Numbered from the stretch's first letter, positions 38,786-53,400 are shown. The stretch: 64,000 nt of DNA from Octopus vulgaris (GCA_951406725.2 OX597817.1:142972001-143036000), one strand, 5' to 3'. Numbers and translations are program-made. The notes: generated by a model from the sequence alone, not told the origin.

Positions 38786-40515
38786 TTTCTTGTAGGGCTA
38801 TGATAACTGTCCAGGTATTCGCAGCTGATGACGCTTAATTACGCAGAAATGCAGGCATCTTACGTCAGTCATAGCTTACAGTGTTTCCACGCATAATGTC
38901 TATGAGAGGAATTTTCTCTCACGATTATTTCCCAAATGACAGGTCTCCCCATTTCCGAACATACACGAACGTGTTAGAAATCTATTGTACGCACATATGT
39001 ATGTACAAATATATGTGTGGGGTGTATATATGCTTGTATTCGGTATGTATATGTGTATATTATGCACAACACAGCGTCAATGAAATATAAAATATTTTCA
39101 ATATTGAAAAGTATTACTGTGTACGAAATATGAATGCAAGCACATGCTTTCTACGCTTTTGATGAACATAATAAAAGTTGAGTCTTTTGACAGACTGTTT
39201 TTAGTTTTATCACCGCTTCTCAGAGAAGACGTAACAGGTTTCCTCCCCCAATAATAGCACAAAATATTAAGTTTCCATATAGAGCAGTCAGAAATTAACA
39301 CTACGCGTAGCTGAATTTGCATATTTTTGCTTTTCATCACCAGCCGTTAAGTAAACTATATTTTATGCACAAGAGCGTGAATTAGAACTGAAATAGATTT
39401 AAATATTGCAAAGACTAGCTTTGCATATGTAAATATGTATTTTTTATGCATTTGATATCTGGAAACAAGAAAGAGAAGTCGCTTGACAGACAGTTTCACG
39501 GCTTCTTGAACCTTCATCAAAGACGAACCTTCTTTTATATTTCAGCTGTGTATTCTATCTTATATATGTCTGCGTCTGTTTGTACGTACGGATGGACGGA
39601 TGCATGGATGGATGGATGGATGGATGGATGGGTGGATGGATGGATAGATGGATGGATGGATGGATGGATGGATGGATGGATGGATTGATGGATGGGTGGA
39701 TGGATGGATGGATGGATGGGCGGATGGATGTTCTATTTCTCTTTTTTTAATTTGGAGTTAATTCTGATCGGCCATCTGCTTGGAAGTAATGCTGTGAAGG
39801 AAAGCATCTTGTTTTGTTTATCATCCTTCAAATCTTAAACTCTTGCAGATTTTTATAGCCCCAGATATCGCGATAATTTTTGTCTATGGATAACCCACAA
39901 GTTATGTGCCGATCTGCCTGTCTGTCTGTCTATCTGTCTGTCTGACTGTCTCTCTCTATATATATATGTATGTCTGTAGGTAGGTATGTATATAGGTATG
40001 TATGTGTTTATGCGCTCATTCACGCATACACACTTAGCTCTTGTTTATTCCGTTTTCATTCCAGGTTTTGTTGTTTATCACCTTGTATTGTTGGTATCTA
40101 TTCAGGTCAAATGCTAATCGCAAAAGTTAAGATGGGTTTGAAGAAGAATACGAAGCGGAAAATAAATATTTTATTAATTTTCGAGAAGCTTCTAAGAGTC
40201 TCTGAGAATTTTCTTGTTTGTTGCCGGCGTGATTAATGTCGGCTGCAGCAATCACGTGATTTTCTATTGGGAATGTTAGTGCTGTTGTTCTTGTTGTTGT
40301 TGTTTTTGGAACACTAGTTGGGGATGGTAATGGTGGTGGTGGTGGTGGTGGTGGTGGCGGCAGTTATGTTGATGGTGGTGACGGCGGCGTTATTGGCGGT
40401 GGTGGCCGCGGCAGCGGTGATGTGGTAGTATTATTGTTATTGTTTTTGTTTTTATTCTTGTTCTTGGATCACGAGTTGAGGATGATAATGGTGGTGGTGG
40501 TGGTGGTGGCGGCGG

Positions 40516-40547
<32 letters not shown>

Positions 40548-41591
40548 GTGGCGGTGGCGGTGGTGGTGGCGGTGATGGTGGTTGTGGTGGTTGTAGTGCT
40601 AGAGTTGATGATGGTAGTGGCGCTGGTGATTATAATAGTGATGGGAGCGGTAGTAGTGGTTGCGATACTATTGTTCTTAGTATTATTGGTGGGTGGTCAT
40701 GGCTGTTGAAGCCAGACAATTCTGATTGAATGCACCGATCATCAAAGACATTCTAAATATGACTATATCATTTTAAGTCAAAAATATTAAATCTAGAACT
40801 ACATTATCCACGATAAATTTTCTTTTCTTTCAAACTAGATAGGAGGTTTGCTGCTATTTCTAGCAAAGATTCGTATGTGCTTCGTTAGTGGTGCTGATAT
40901 TGGGGTGGCGTCTATGGCGGGGTTATCATGATAGCTGTGCCAGAGATTGTAAGTGAGATAACAGAAATGTGAGGTGCAGTAGAGTAGGGTGTTTTAGCTC
41001 GAATTCGGCTATGCACGAGTAGATCTGTAACAAAAGACGTTCCATTTGTGACTGTGCCGTCTGACTACATATTTGAGATTATATTATTTAATAAGCCTTT
41101 TGTTTTATTTTATTTTTTTTTGCATTTTTTTTTTTTTTTCGTGGACGAAAACAAAAGTCATAATCATATCCTGAAGAGTTTAACACTACGAAAACTGTAA
41201 TAAACCCCGCACTTTTATCGTGGACATCTGACGAAATCCCAAGGAATCGACTGGAACCAGCCTGGCTGATCCCCCCTTTTTGTGCCCACTAGGACAATGT
41301 ATGTAGGTTGTTTACGTCTGTGTGTCTGTCACATACAGAATTGACTAAAAAAGGAAATTTACAGATATATTCTGTATAGCATTTCAACAAAACACTGTTA
41401 AGGCGCCAATGACGAAATATCAACGAACTAGCCACCAATGAATGTCTTATATATGCAAATTTATCCACCGGATTTTCTTAAAACCTTAATAATAGTAGAT
41501 TTAGTAGTTATAGAAGATACGGAGTCACTGATGTGATCTCAACACAAGATCGACATTAGTTCGATTGACCGCTCCTCTGATCACGAAAATA

Positions 41592-42000
41592 TCTATTATA
41601 TAAAATCCGTCCTGTCTCTGTGTGTGTCTTCTAGGATCTCGGGCATCCTCCATCCGATTGCGCTCAAATTTGATATGTAGATACCGACGGTATCAGGGCG
41701 TGTATAAGTCTTGAAAAAATTTCAAAAATCGATTCCACGTGAGAATGCGATCGATAAAGCCGTACAAGTACATCAGCTGTTGCGATCGATACTACGCGTA
41801 CGCGAGAAAATGCACGTGCAGTTTGCGCAAAAAAGCCGGCTGGCTTGAAATAATGCCACAAAATGCAGTTTAAATGTTTGACAACTCAGCACCGTCCATT
41901 GGACGGGGGGGGGCGTTTTGCACGTTGTAATATAAAGTGAAAGTGTTTACACCTGTCTATCCATTCAATGTCGGCTAAATTCTGTAAATATATTTCGCGC
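41592..42000 (+). mobile_element. Helitron 5' portion
   Basis: A|TCTATTATATAAAATCCGTCCTGTCTCTGTGTG resembles the other Helitron 5' ends here; 3' CTAG end not located. Confidence 0.55.
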
Positions 42001-42959
42001 TACAACATAACACTGGAGCCAGTAATTGCTATAACTTTATCTTCCTTCTTTTTGCTGTCTTTGTTATTGTTTTTGGTATTGTTATTAGATTCTTCCTTCG
42101 GATATCTGCTGTAACAGTTTTTTTTTTTTCCTTGGCATTATCTTTGCTCATTAAAGACGTTTATCTCGTCACATCACGCAAACGAAAAACACTCGTCAAT
42201 TATGCAAATTCACATCCTTCTCAAAGCAATAAACCAGATCATTCTCTTTGATACATAATTTAACAGGAAAGGAATGACTGAGAGATTGCTGGGGGATATT
42301 TTTTCTGTTTGTCCACTTTATGCAAATTCTGCAAACATCCGACGCCGCGTGAAGGTAAAACCAGGTAGCCACCATATTGTCAGCGTTTCGTGTCAAAAAA
42401 GACACTATTACCGATAAATATAGACGTAGGGCAAAAGCTGAGTTCGTAGCATGTGTAGCCATTGGCCTCATTCTTTGTTAATGCAATTACAATTAAGCTA
42501 TAAATGTCCTTGAGAAAAGCATGACCTTTATCTTCAGCCATCCCTTCTTCCACTAAAAGTATATCTCCTTTTAGTAGAATCAATGAAGATCGTTGCTCTT
42601 CTTTTCAAAACGATTTAGTCAAACGATTTAGTGAAAAAAAAGTATTATGACTTCAGCTTTACTAAAACATCGCCATACATTTCAACCATTTTCCACTTGG
42701 CCTCTTTCTCTTTTCTCTTCCATATTCGTTCTCATAATCCTAATAACACTTTACGCGGAGAATCCTATCAGTTAAATTGTTCGTGATTTGATTAATGCTG
42801 TTATATCTTGTCATAAATATGCTATTGAAGTGTTGCGGCTTTCTATGTTTGACTGGCATGACTGCATACAATATAAATTGTTTATAATACAATAACACGT
42901 GATTGACCGGGCTATCGGATGCTATTATACGTCGCTGGTCACAGTACGCTTTACATCGT

Positions 42960-43495
42960 TTTAGCTTTCGAAAGATGCCACCCCGTTGGCTATGCATGCA
43001 GGCCAACACTTCCCCTGTAAGCCAGTCCGTTATTGGGTTACCTATTTACAGTGGAGTGGAAATGAAATGTTTTAAAGTAGATACTAGGTTCGCTGCTATT
43101 TCTAGCAAAGATTCGTCTGTGTTTTGTTAGTGGTGCTGATATTGGGATGGTGTCTATGGCGGGGTTATCATGATAGCAGTGACAGAGATTGAAATTATAA
43201 CAGAAATGTGAGATGGAGTAGATTAGGGTGTTTTTAGCTCGAATTCGGCTATGCGCGAGATCTGTAACAAAAGACGTCCCATTTGTGACTGTGCCGTCTG
43301 ACTGCATATTTAAGATGACTTTTGTTTTATTTTGTTTTTGCTTCTTCTTTTTTTTTTCATAGAAGAAAAATGTCATAATCATATGAAATGAAATGTCTTG
43401 CTCAAGAACACAATGCGCCGCTCGGCCGAGGAATCGAACACACGATCTAGCGATCGTGAGTGCAACACTCTAACCAGTAGGCCACCTACCTTCAC
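42960..43495 (-). mobile_element. tRNA-derived SINE (family C-related) interrupted by a 314-bp insert
   Basis: Head (minus strand) GGTGGCCTACTGGTTAGAG..GTTCGATTCC and cttgagcaagac motif; body resumes left of 43070. Confidence 0.65.
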
Positions 43496-43764
43496 TATAT
43501 GAAACACCATAACATTTATAAATTGTGTTTAACCTGTCCCGCTCTGCTAAGGGACCGACCGACTAATTATCACATGCCAGTTTAAGTTTGTTGCTCATAA
43601 ATGATCTCTTATGAGGAACCTAACGTATCGCTGTATGAAACCTGGTGAGAATTAATTACGTGGTTTGCCAAATATACATCTATCCTCGTTTATCACTAAT
43701 CCCTTCATCATTGATTCGGAATAACACGGTACACTTAATCGTGGGCAATATTGCGTTTATCACG

Positions 43765-43848
43765 GATTGACCGAACGTTACGGAGACGTAAAAACACCAG
43801 CATCGGTTGTCTAGCGGTGTTGGAGGACAAACACAGACACACAAACAC

Positions 43849-43944
<96 letters not shown>

Positions 43945-44110
43945 CATATATACGACGGGCTTCTTTCAGTTCTCTCTACCAAATCCCCTCACAAGGCTTT
44001 GGTCGGCTCGAGGTTATAGTAGAAGACACGTGTCCAAGGTGCCACGCAGTGGAACTGAACCCGGAACCATATGGTTGGTAAACTACTTACCACACAGCCA
44101 CTCCTGCTCC
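43765..44110 (-). mobile_element. SINE family A
   Basis: Reverse-complement match to family A head and body. Confidence 0.82.
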
Positions 44111-44929
44111 TAAGGGTCAGTGATGATATTTTTCTTTTCTTTATTTTTTTGTTAGTTACTGATCATATTTTATTAAATGTTACTCTATATATTGTTCCAA
44201 CCACGAAACAATATTGTGTGATTCAAAGCAATTTGGAGGTGTGTTTTGAGTAAGTTAGGGGGACATCTTGGGGGTCTCGAAATGAAACCTATTTTCCCAA
44301 TAGTTCTGTTATACATTTATCCTTGATTAATTTAATACGTTGTTTCGGTTTGGGTTTTTCTACTGTTTACAGCAGCTCTCTTAAACATGCCTATGTTTAC
44401 TCTGACAGCCTGTCTCTAGCTACGCCTTTGATACAAAATTATCAAAAGCAAAAAAAGAATTCTGATGATGTCGCAAGACTGTTGCATGGTCAAAAGCAAT
44501 ATCGAAGTAGACTGAACAAAACAACCTACAGTTTACCGCTGAAAAATTTCAAAGACTGCACTATCAGCTCACAAATGCACAACAGCCTGCATATACAGGG
44601 ACTAAATGCATTGAAATTCGGCAGTCATAGACAGTGAGAAACTTGGGAATCGGTGTGTGTGCAATGATGCATCGTTTCATATTCACATTAGCAAGATGGC
44701 AGTAAAGCGTAGTCGTACAGCTAGCTGTACGTCTGTTACTGTTGAGTTCAGAGCCCCACGTAGATTGTCATAGCTCAATCTGCTTCCAGAACAGTGGTTA
44801 AGCAACTACAATACTTAGTAGAATTATCAGTTGTGAGATACAAAGCAAACGTAGGAAAAATTACGATTAACACAAGTTTATATTATCATTAGCATGGTTA
44901 TAATGGTTCTTAATAATATTGTTATTATT

Positions 44930-45627
44930 TTTTTTTCTTCTTTCAAATTTGCTTCCATTTCTTGCCGAGTGTCTTCCCGACTCCTAGGGCAAAGAAACTC
45001 ATAGTATACATTGGTAGGCCATTAAACTAAACTCAATAGTCCGCTCATTTTTTTTAAAGTTAAATTAAAATACATGGGTAGTAATAGTTCTCACATCGAC
45101 AATGCTCTCCTCAATACGTGTGATGTACCAGTTAAGACAATCTTTTGCACTTCTTGCAGGGATGGTAAGCCAGGGATCATTCTCATATAATTTTCGGTTC
45201 CCTTCTTGATCATTCCTAGTGCTCCTACGATTACTGGTATTGTTACCGCCTTGAGATGCCACATTTTCTCAATTTCAATGAGCAGGTCTTATATTTTCTG
45301 AGCTTGTCAAACTCTTTCGCCGAGATATTATGATCACAGGGGATGCTCATGTCGATCAATAAGCAAACTTTATTGTTTTGGTCTTTCACAACAATATCTG
45401 GTTTATTGGCTTTGATGGTTCGGTCTGTATGTACTGGAAAGTTCCACAGAATCGTTACATTTTCTCCTTCAGTTACAGCTTCAGGGTGGTGATTATACCA
45501 CTTGTCGGCAGTTTTGATATTGTAATGCCGACTTAGCCAGTGTAGATATTGGCCAACTCTGTCATGTCTTAATTTATACTCCACTGGTGCTAAGACTTTA
45601 CATCCAGAGATTAGGTGGTCCACTGTT
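44930..45627 (-). mobile_element. 5'-truncated R4/Dong-clade non-LTR element (RLE endonuclease)
   Basis: HLISGC, YKLRHDRV, KPDIVV, IDMSIP, KLRKYK motifs; flanked by (TAA)n. Confidence 0.87.
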
Positions 45628-45651
45628 TTATTATTATTATTATTATTATTG

Positions 45652-45682
<31 letters not shown>

Positions 45683-45696
45683 AAGTGTTGTTATTA

Positions 45697-45766
<70 letters not shown>

Positions 45767-45830
45767 CATCATTATTATTATTATTATCATCATCATCATC
45801 ATTATCATCATTATCATCATCATCATCATC

Positions 45831-45894
<64 letters not shown>

Positions 45895-46345
45895 GTTTTT
45901 TCCTTCTTTCTTCAAATTCTCTTCCGTTTCTCGCCGAGTGTTTTCCATACACCTAGGGCAGAGAAGGGCATTGCATGCATTCCCAGATTACACGCGCAAA
46001 TTCACAAATAAAATATGTATTTAAAAATTAATAAATAAATTCATGGATGGATGCTATTTTCACAGCGATAGTGATCTTCTCAGTACATGAGCCGTTCCAG
46101 TTAATACGATTTTTTGCACTTCCTGTAGGGATGGTAAGCCTTGAATCATTTTCAAATAGGTTTCAGTTCCTTTTTTTTTATCATTCCTAGAGATCCTACA
46201 ATCACTGGCACTGTAGTCGCCTTGAGATGCCACATTTTTTCAATTTCTATTAGCAGGTCTTTATATTTACTAATCTTGTCAAATTCTTTCGCCGCTATAT
46301 TGTGATCACAGGGAATACTCATGTCAATTAATAAACACATACTTT
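45895..46345 (-). mobile_element. Second truncated R4/Dong-clade copy
   Basis: CLLIDMSIPCDHNIAAKEFDKISKYKDLLIEIEKMWHLK..PVIVGSLG; 3' end abuts (TAA)n. Confidence 0.87.
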
Positions 46346-46349
46346 TTTT

Positions 46350-46392
<43 letters not shown>

Positions 46393-46488
46393 CCATCACC
46401 ACCACCACCACCACCACCACCACCACCACACACCATCATCATCATCATCATCATCATCACCACCATCATCATCATCATCATCACCACC

Positions 46489-46522
<34 letters not shown>

Positions 46523-46527
46523 CCACC

Positions 46528-46631
<104 letters not shown>

Positions 46632-47021
46632 TATTACTATTATTACTATTATTACTATTATTATTATTATTATTTTTATTATTATTATTATCATTATTAT
46701 TTTTTTTATTATTATTATTATTTTTATTATTCTTATTATTATCATTATTATTATTATTATCATCATCATCATCATCATCATCATCATTATTATTATTATA
46801 GTATGTAGTAGTAATAATATAAACTTTTGTTTATCGTAATTTCTCATACACACACACAGACACACACAGACACAGACACACACACACACACCCACACACA
46901 CACATATAAATGTTTGTATGCGTGTGTATGTATGAATTCATATGTATGTATGGCATTATTCAGTTTTATTTCAAGATTTCTTGCCAGTAAAGAACCTGTT
47001 GTATGTATGTATCTATGTATG

Positions 47022-47055
<34 letters not shown>

Positions 47056-47814
47056 TGTATGTATGTATGTATGTATGTATGTATGTATGTATGTATGCGA
47101 AAATACGATATTGTTTTAATTTCGACTTTTCGCTCTATCACTTACCGAGCCAAGATGTCTACCTGATAATCGTAATGCTAATTAAAAAAATATTCACATG
47201 AATATTACTCTTTGTAATTATCATCTTACCATCATTCTTAAAATTATTCTCATTCGCAAAAATGGTTATCACCTCTTTTTTTTTTCCTTTTGTGATATTT
47301 TCTTCATTTATTTTTGGTAGCGCCAATTCTGTCGTATCTATCGAAACGATTCCAAATAGTTTTCTAACAGATGAACTAATTAACCCGCTCTTATTAACCT
47401 TTTCAAAATCAGCAATATGCTAGGAGCACCTACATTTACAATATCAATCATGGCTTGATAGTTTGAAGAAAAAAAATGTTACCAATATACCAATCTTTTC
47501 ATTTGAATTTCTTGTCGTGTCATTTGAACTCCTCCTTCTCCGGAATATTTCTTTGAGAGAAGAGACCGACGTAGAGACATTGGAGAGCTTTCAACAGCTG
47601 TACAATGGGAAGGGTTAAAACATCGGTTTTGTAATAGGATTTACGCATGAAATAGTTATATGCAGTCACCATTATAAATGCTTCCAGCAGCTGTAGACTT
47701 GAAAGGGGTTACGAACGGCGTCGCCACGGCAACCAAACTAACCATAAGCTGCGAGTGATAGACTTGCTACATAAAAGCATTTAGTTTTTAATAGCATTGT
47801 CAACGTTTCAGGTC

Positions 47815-48680
47815 TTGGTGGTGGCGGCGGCGGCGGTGGTGATGATTATGATGATAATAATGGTGGTGGTGGTGGTGGTGGTGGTGGTGTTGGTGGTAGT
47901 GGTGCTGGTGCTGCTGGCGGTGAAGATGGTGCTGGACGTTGTTGTCGTTGCTGTCGTGGTCATGGTTGTGGTGGTGGTGGTGGTGGCGGCGGCAGTGGTG
48001 GTGGTGGTGGTGGTGGTAGTGGTGGTGGTGTTGGTGGTAGTGGTGCTGGTGCTGCTGGCGGTGAAGATGGTGCTGGTCGTTGTCGTCGTTGCTGTCGTGG
48101 TCATGGTTGTGGTGGTGGTGGTGGTGGTGGTGGTGGTGGTGGTGAAGCTGGAGGTCATCGTCGCTGCTGTTGTGGTCATGTTAATGGTGGTGGGGGGTAG
48201 TTGTAATGGAGGTTGATGTGATGAAGGTTGAAGAGGTGGTTGCGTTGCTGTTGATAATGGTGATGCTCCCGAAGACGACTATGACGACAACGATAATTAC
48301 GATAGGTGGTTACGGTGGTGGTGGTGGTGGTAGTGGTGGTGGTCGCGGTAATAGTGATGATGGTGGTTGTAGTGATGGTGGTAGTGGTGGTGGTGGTGGT
48401 GGTGGTGGTGGTGGTGATTTAGGTTGCAGTTTTAGTGTTGGTGGTGGTTGTAGTGTTGGTGGTGGTTGTAGTGATGGTGGTAGTTGTGGCGGTGGTGATG
48501 GTGGTTGTGGTAGTAGTGTTGGTTGTGATTGTAGTGATGGTGGTGATTGTAGTGATGGTGGTTGCGGTAGTAGAGTTGGTGGTGGTTGTGGTGGAAGAGG
48601 AGGGCAATGGTGGTGTTCGTCATCGTGGAGGTGGTGGTGGATTGGCGGTAGTGGTGGTGGTGGTGGTGGTGGTGTATTTA
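47815..48680. repeat. (GGT)n-based degenerate repeat with an internal duplication of about 120 bp
   Basis: Block ggtgctggtgctgctggcggtgaagatggtgctgg..gtcatggttgtgg occurs twice (about 47890 and 48030). Confidence 0.85.
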
Positions 48681-48823
48681 GTTTCCTCCACTTCAAAACA
48701 GTTTATAAACCATAATAACACATTTCGGCCAGATAAAAGGGGGAAATATATCATATTGTTTCGAAACGCCCAACTTTTCTTTCTCTTTCTTCTCGTCGTC
48801 ATCTCTGCTGCTGCTGCTGCTGC

Positions 48824-48866
<43 letters not shown>

Positions 48867-50430
48867 GCCGTCATTGTAGTTCTTTTCATCTGTAATATGT
48901 GCCAGCGTCTCTCTATTTTCTCCCTGTTAGACAATATTTCCAACAGCCAATAGCTTCATTAGTCGAACTATATTTAGTTATTAGCATAAATAATATATAA
49001 AGCTCTCGTTAGTTTTCGGAGTTTCCCGTGAACTCTTAACACAATAACCTCCGTCATTGATTGATTCACATCTCGAATCCTTAATATCGGCAGAACTCTT
49101 TCAGCCTAATAAAGCAACACTCTTTCATAAGTGGCATAAATCAGAGAGGTCATCTGGAGCTAACAGACTAGATACATGTTCCAAAAATATCTTTACACCA
49201 AAATGTACGAAGAAAATATCTATGTTATTATTATCATCATTATTTTATTTATTGAAATCTAGTTAACAATTTCTTTTTCTTTCGTTATATAAATTACTTT
49301 ATTACTACATAAAAAGAAGCTAGACTTTCGATACGTTCCACACCAAAATTATAATACCTGATTTAGCGTCTGAAGATTTCTTCAAGTGCAAAGGCTAAAA
49401 GATTTCTATAATTTCTGTAAAATCCTTTCAACATGAATTGCTTGTAAAAGGTAGCGAGTGGGAGAGCGGTTGCTAATATTTAATGCCGTGAAGTTATAAT
49501 CATATTTGATAGCATTCCATTTACAATTTCCACTAAGAAGATTATAACTGTTACAAACAGCAACTTCTGTTTAACTATATTTCATTTCACTAAGCTTTTC
49601 TAGAAAGGAAAAGAATATTCAAGATTATTTCACCAAGCAGTCGGAAAGATGGCCGCCATTTGTATCCCTTGCAACTAAACGTAGAAGATTATCTGCCTTT
49701 TATTTGATACGTCCACCATTTGTTTGTAATAAAACACCAAATAAAAGAGAGATCACTTGGCCATAATCTATAGCTTTATTTAGATTCCATGATATCAAAA
49801 TTGTTTTCCCTCCGACTATGTCTCCACTTTCTCATCCCTGTCTCCCTCCTTTATCTCTTCTATTTCTTCCTCTTCACTTTTTTTCTCTCTCTCTCTCTCT
49901 TTCTTTCGTCTTTGTCCCGCTTTCCTTTCTCTGCTAATCATTGTTTTATGTAACAACGCTCTGTTGTTCCTCTTCATTTCGTTTTCTCGACATAAGGAAT
50001 AAAATATGTTTAAAGGGATTATTCGTCGACGGGAACGCGTTTCAATCGAAACAATCTTAAGCTGAATTCTTATGAAAGCGAAACAGTGTTATGTCGCGGC
50101 GATCTATAAATTGACAATACATATACATACCATAAATACATAAATATATGAATGCATACATACATACAAAAATACATCCGTGTGTGTGTATGTGTGTGTG
50201 TGTGTGTGTGAGTGTGTGTGTGTGTGTGACCAACTAGGACTATATAGGGTAAAGGCTAAATAGGGTAAATCCGTTGTACACACTCACACTCACACACTCA
50301 CACATATATATAAATGTATACATATACATATACATATATACATATATATATATATATACAAATATAATTATATATATTTATATGTGTGTGTGTGTGTGTA
50401 TGTATATATGTATATATGTGTGTGTATATA

Positions 50431-50462
<32 letters not shown>

Positions 50463-50475
50463 CATACACATATAT

Positions 50476-50554
<79 letters not shown>

Positions 50555-51920
50555 AAACATAAGCAAATAAACTTAAATTTTGATCAAAGAGCAGATGGTC
50601 AGCTGGAATGAAACGCAATCGAAAGATCTTAGAAACAGCACATTGCCATTAAAGAAAAGAAAACAAAAACGTTTGTCTGGAAGCGGCTGTTTTTGAATTT
50701 GTTTATTACTATAAAATAATTCTCAACTGGATCGATTCTATTCTCTGATCATGTTTGATCCCGGGATCATATTTATAATCCTCCTTTGAAATATCCTTTT
50801 GAACAGTGAAGGCATATGTATAGATTTGTGTTTGTGTGTCTGTCTGTCTAAATGGCCGAGTGTGTGCTTGCGTAAATGAGCGTAATAGTTTGTTTATAAA
50901 GTATTCATTCGACTCCTTTGTCATTGAAATCAGCTCTGTTCGGTTTATTAAAATATATTCCATCACAAACGCAGAAATTGATTCATAAATAATATCTTGT
51001 AAACTAATTTCAGAGAAAGAAATTCTGAAACAAGCAAAACTAGAATTTAGGCGATTCTGTCTGGCTCTTAATAAATAGGATAAAACAAAGCTCGGCTTCG
51101 ACTGCGTACGAAGGCCTAAATGTTTAAATCAGGACAGTTATGTTGTACAACTCTTCGTAAATACTTCCCAGTAAAAAAAAAGTCGCGAAGGCTTCAGTTA
51201 GAATCTTACTTGTTTCATTCAGAATTTTGGACTTCCATCCATTTTCTTCACCCACTATTCATGTGAGGATCACGGTTGGAGGGTCCTCAGTTTCTTAATA
51301 TTTCGGTTTGAAATATCCAATGCAAAAATGACAAATAACCACAATGGTGAAACATACGTAGGGAACAAATGATATAAGCTTCTGCTCATCATAATTTCTC
51401 CTACATTTCCTCTGTGTTTGACAGACAGTAAGACTACTAAGTACGGTAGTATCCACACCACTCTACAGGATGAGAATGCGCTACATGTAGCACTAAACAA
51501 TTGTTTATTAAGGCGGCGATCTGGGAGAAGGGTTAGTGTATTCCCCTCCCCTGAAATTGCTGACCTTGTGCCAAAATCTGAAACCAGTATTTCGGCATAC
51601 ATATGCTCATTAATTTAATTAAACACTGCATAGAAATAACGTCACTAAATTCCTTTCCGGGCTCAAGGTAGCCTTTATTTGACAGCAACTTGTTTCTCAA
51701 TGAATGTGCTTCACCTTTACATCTACCATAGTTTATACGGCATCACCGACAAAACAGCAATCTGCTTCGTTTTCCAACGCTAAAACACCAACACACCGAA
51801 TTTTCCATTGTTTCCATCCATTTATCAATCTATCTATCTACCGACCAATCTATCTAATTATCTATCTATCTACATGTCTGTCTGTCTATCTATCTATCTA
51901 TTTATCTATCTATCTACCAG

Positions 51921-51979
<59 letters not shown>

Positions 51980-52115
51980 CCCTGTCTGTCTGTCTGTCTA
52001 TCTATCTATGTCTACCGGTCTCTCTTCATCTCTCTCCTTTGTTTTCACTACAACCTTTCTCAAACACTTATTCTCTCTCTCTCTCTCTCTCCATCTATCT
52101 ATTTATCTCTTCCCG

Positions 52116-52152
<37 letters not shown>

Positions 52153-52459
52153 ATCTATCTTTTTCATGTGCAGCTGTTTTTGCTTCTATGAAGTAGCGAA
52201 TTCCATTTGATTCCCCCTCCCCTATCATATTCGCTCCCCCCTCCTCCTCTCATTACTTTATCTCACACACAGACACACACTTTTACAATCCTTCTTGCCA
52301 ATAACGTTCCATATTGGGCCCTCACTCCATACTCAGGTTTCTTCTACAGGAATCCAACAGAGTTTAAAACTGAACATAATCCGCATCAATTTCGCCAATG
52401 TGTGAGAACTTGTTACTGTTGTAGACAACACCATTTTGTTTCTCTGCTGAAATATTATT

Positions 52460-52872
52460 TCTAATTTAAGCACAGGGCCAGTAATTTAGAAGGCAGAGGA
52501 TTGATCAATACCATCGACCCTGAAACGATGAAAGGCAAAGTTGGACTCGAAAGAATTTGAACGCAGAATGTGTTAAGTCGGGGTCAATGCCATTAAAATT
52601 TTTTTAAAGTTTATTTTTGTTCGTGGAACTAACGATTAGGCCATTTCCTCACTTTAATAATTGTTCCAAATTTGTAATCATCTTAACCACTTCCAAGTTT
52701 GTAGGAAGTGGTTAAGATGATTACATTGATTAACTGGTACCTATATTAACAGCCCCGAGACAATGAAAGGTAAAGTCAACCTCGGCGGAATTCGAACTCA
52801 GGACGTAAAGACAGACGAAATACCGCTAAGCATTACGCCCGGCGTGCTGACCTTTCTGCCATTTCACCGCTT
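52460..52872 (-). mobile_element. Two degenerate family B SINEs
   Basis: atgaaaggcaaagt..ctcg..gaattt motifs at about 52528 and 52763. Confidence 0.72.
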
Positions 52873-52989
52873 TTCTTCTCCGAAATAATGAAAAGAAACT
52901 TTCTAATGATTGTTTCGAAAAACAATTAGCTCATTGATTATTAATCGATCCCTTCCTAGAAATATCTAATCAATGAATCAAAGAAATTC

Positions 52990-53197
52990 CTCGAAATGGT
53001 TGGTTGGCTGGACATGATTAACGAAGAACTTCCGGAGGATGCAGAGGGACTGGCACGGGACCGCCAGCGAAGGAGGGAGAGGTGGGGTACTGGTGGACTT
53101 GGTCGGCTCGACGTATGATGACGCCTCTGGGACCACTAACCTGCGATGACCCAAGCCCCATCAACCAAGAGCAAGAGGTAAAGCAAGCAAAGCAAGG
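52990..53197 (+). mobile_element. RTE-clade LINE 3' fragment
   Basis: Translates WLDMINEELPEDAEGLARDRQR; short UTR and aagc-repeat tail. Confidence 0.6.
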
Positions 53198-53319
53198 ATG
53201 AAGGCCACAGTGCAGCACAATCATATGCTGTAAATATATCAACAACTGATCGGCCAGATTATTTTTTAAACGTCTCATTTCCTTCTGAAATGAAACTGCT
53301 TCTTTAATTATCTTTGTTG

Positions 53320-53350
<31 letters not shown>

Positions 53351-53400
53351 CTTCTTCTTCTTCTTCTTCTTCTTCTTCTTCTTCTTCTTCTTCTTCTTCT

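Noticed and set aside
38820-38860. Hammerhead candidate CUGAUGA-CGCUUAAUUACGCA-GAAAUG
   Set aside because: Stem II mismatched and no convincing stem I or NUH site.
44460-44490. CUGAUGA-U-GUC(gcaa)GAC
   Set aside because: No GAAA after the stem, so the core is incomplete.
48206-48715. Gly/Cys-rich or Pro-rich structural protein exon
   Set aside because: Degenerate (GGT)n repeat open in several frames; no splice or domain evidence.
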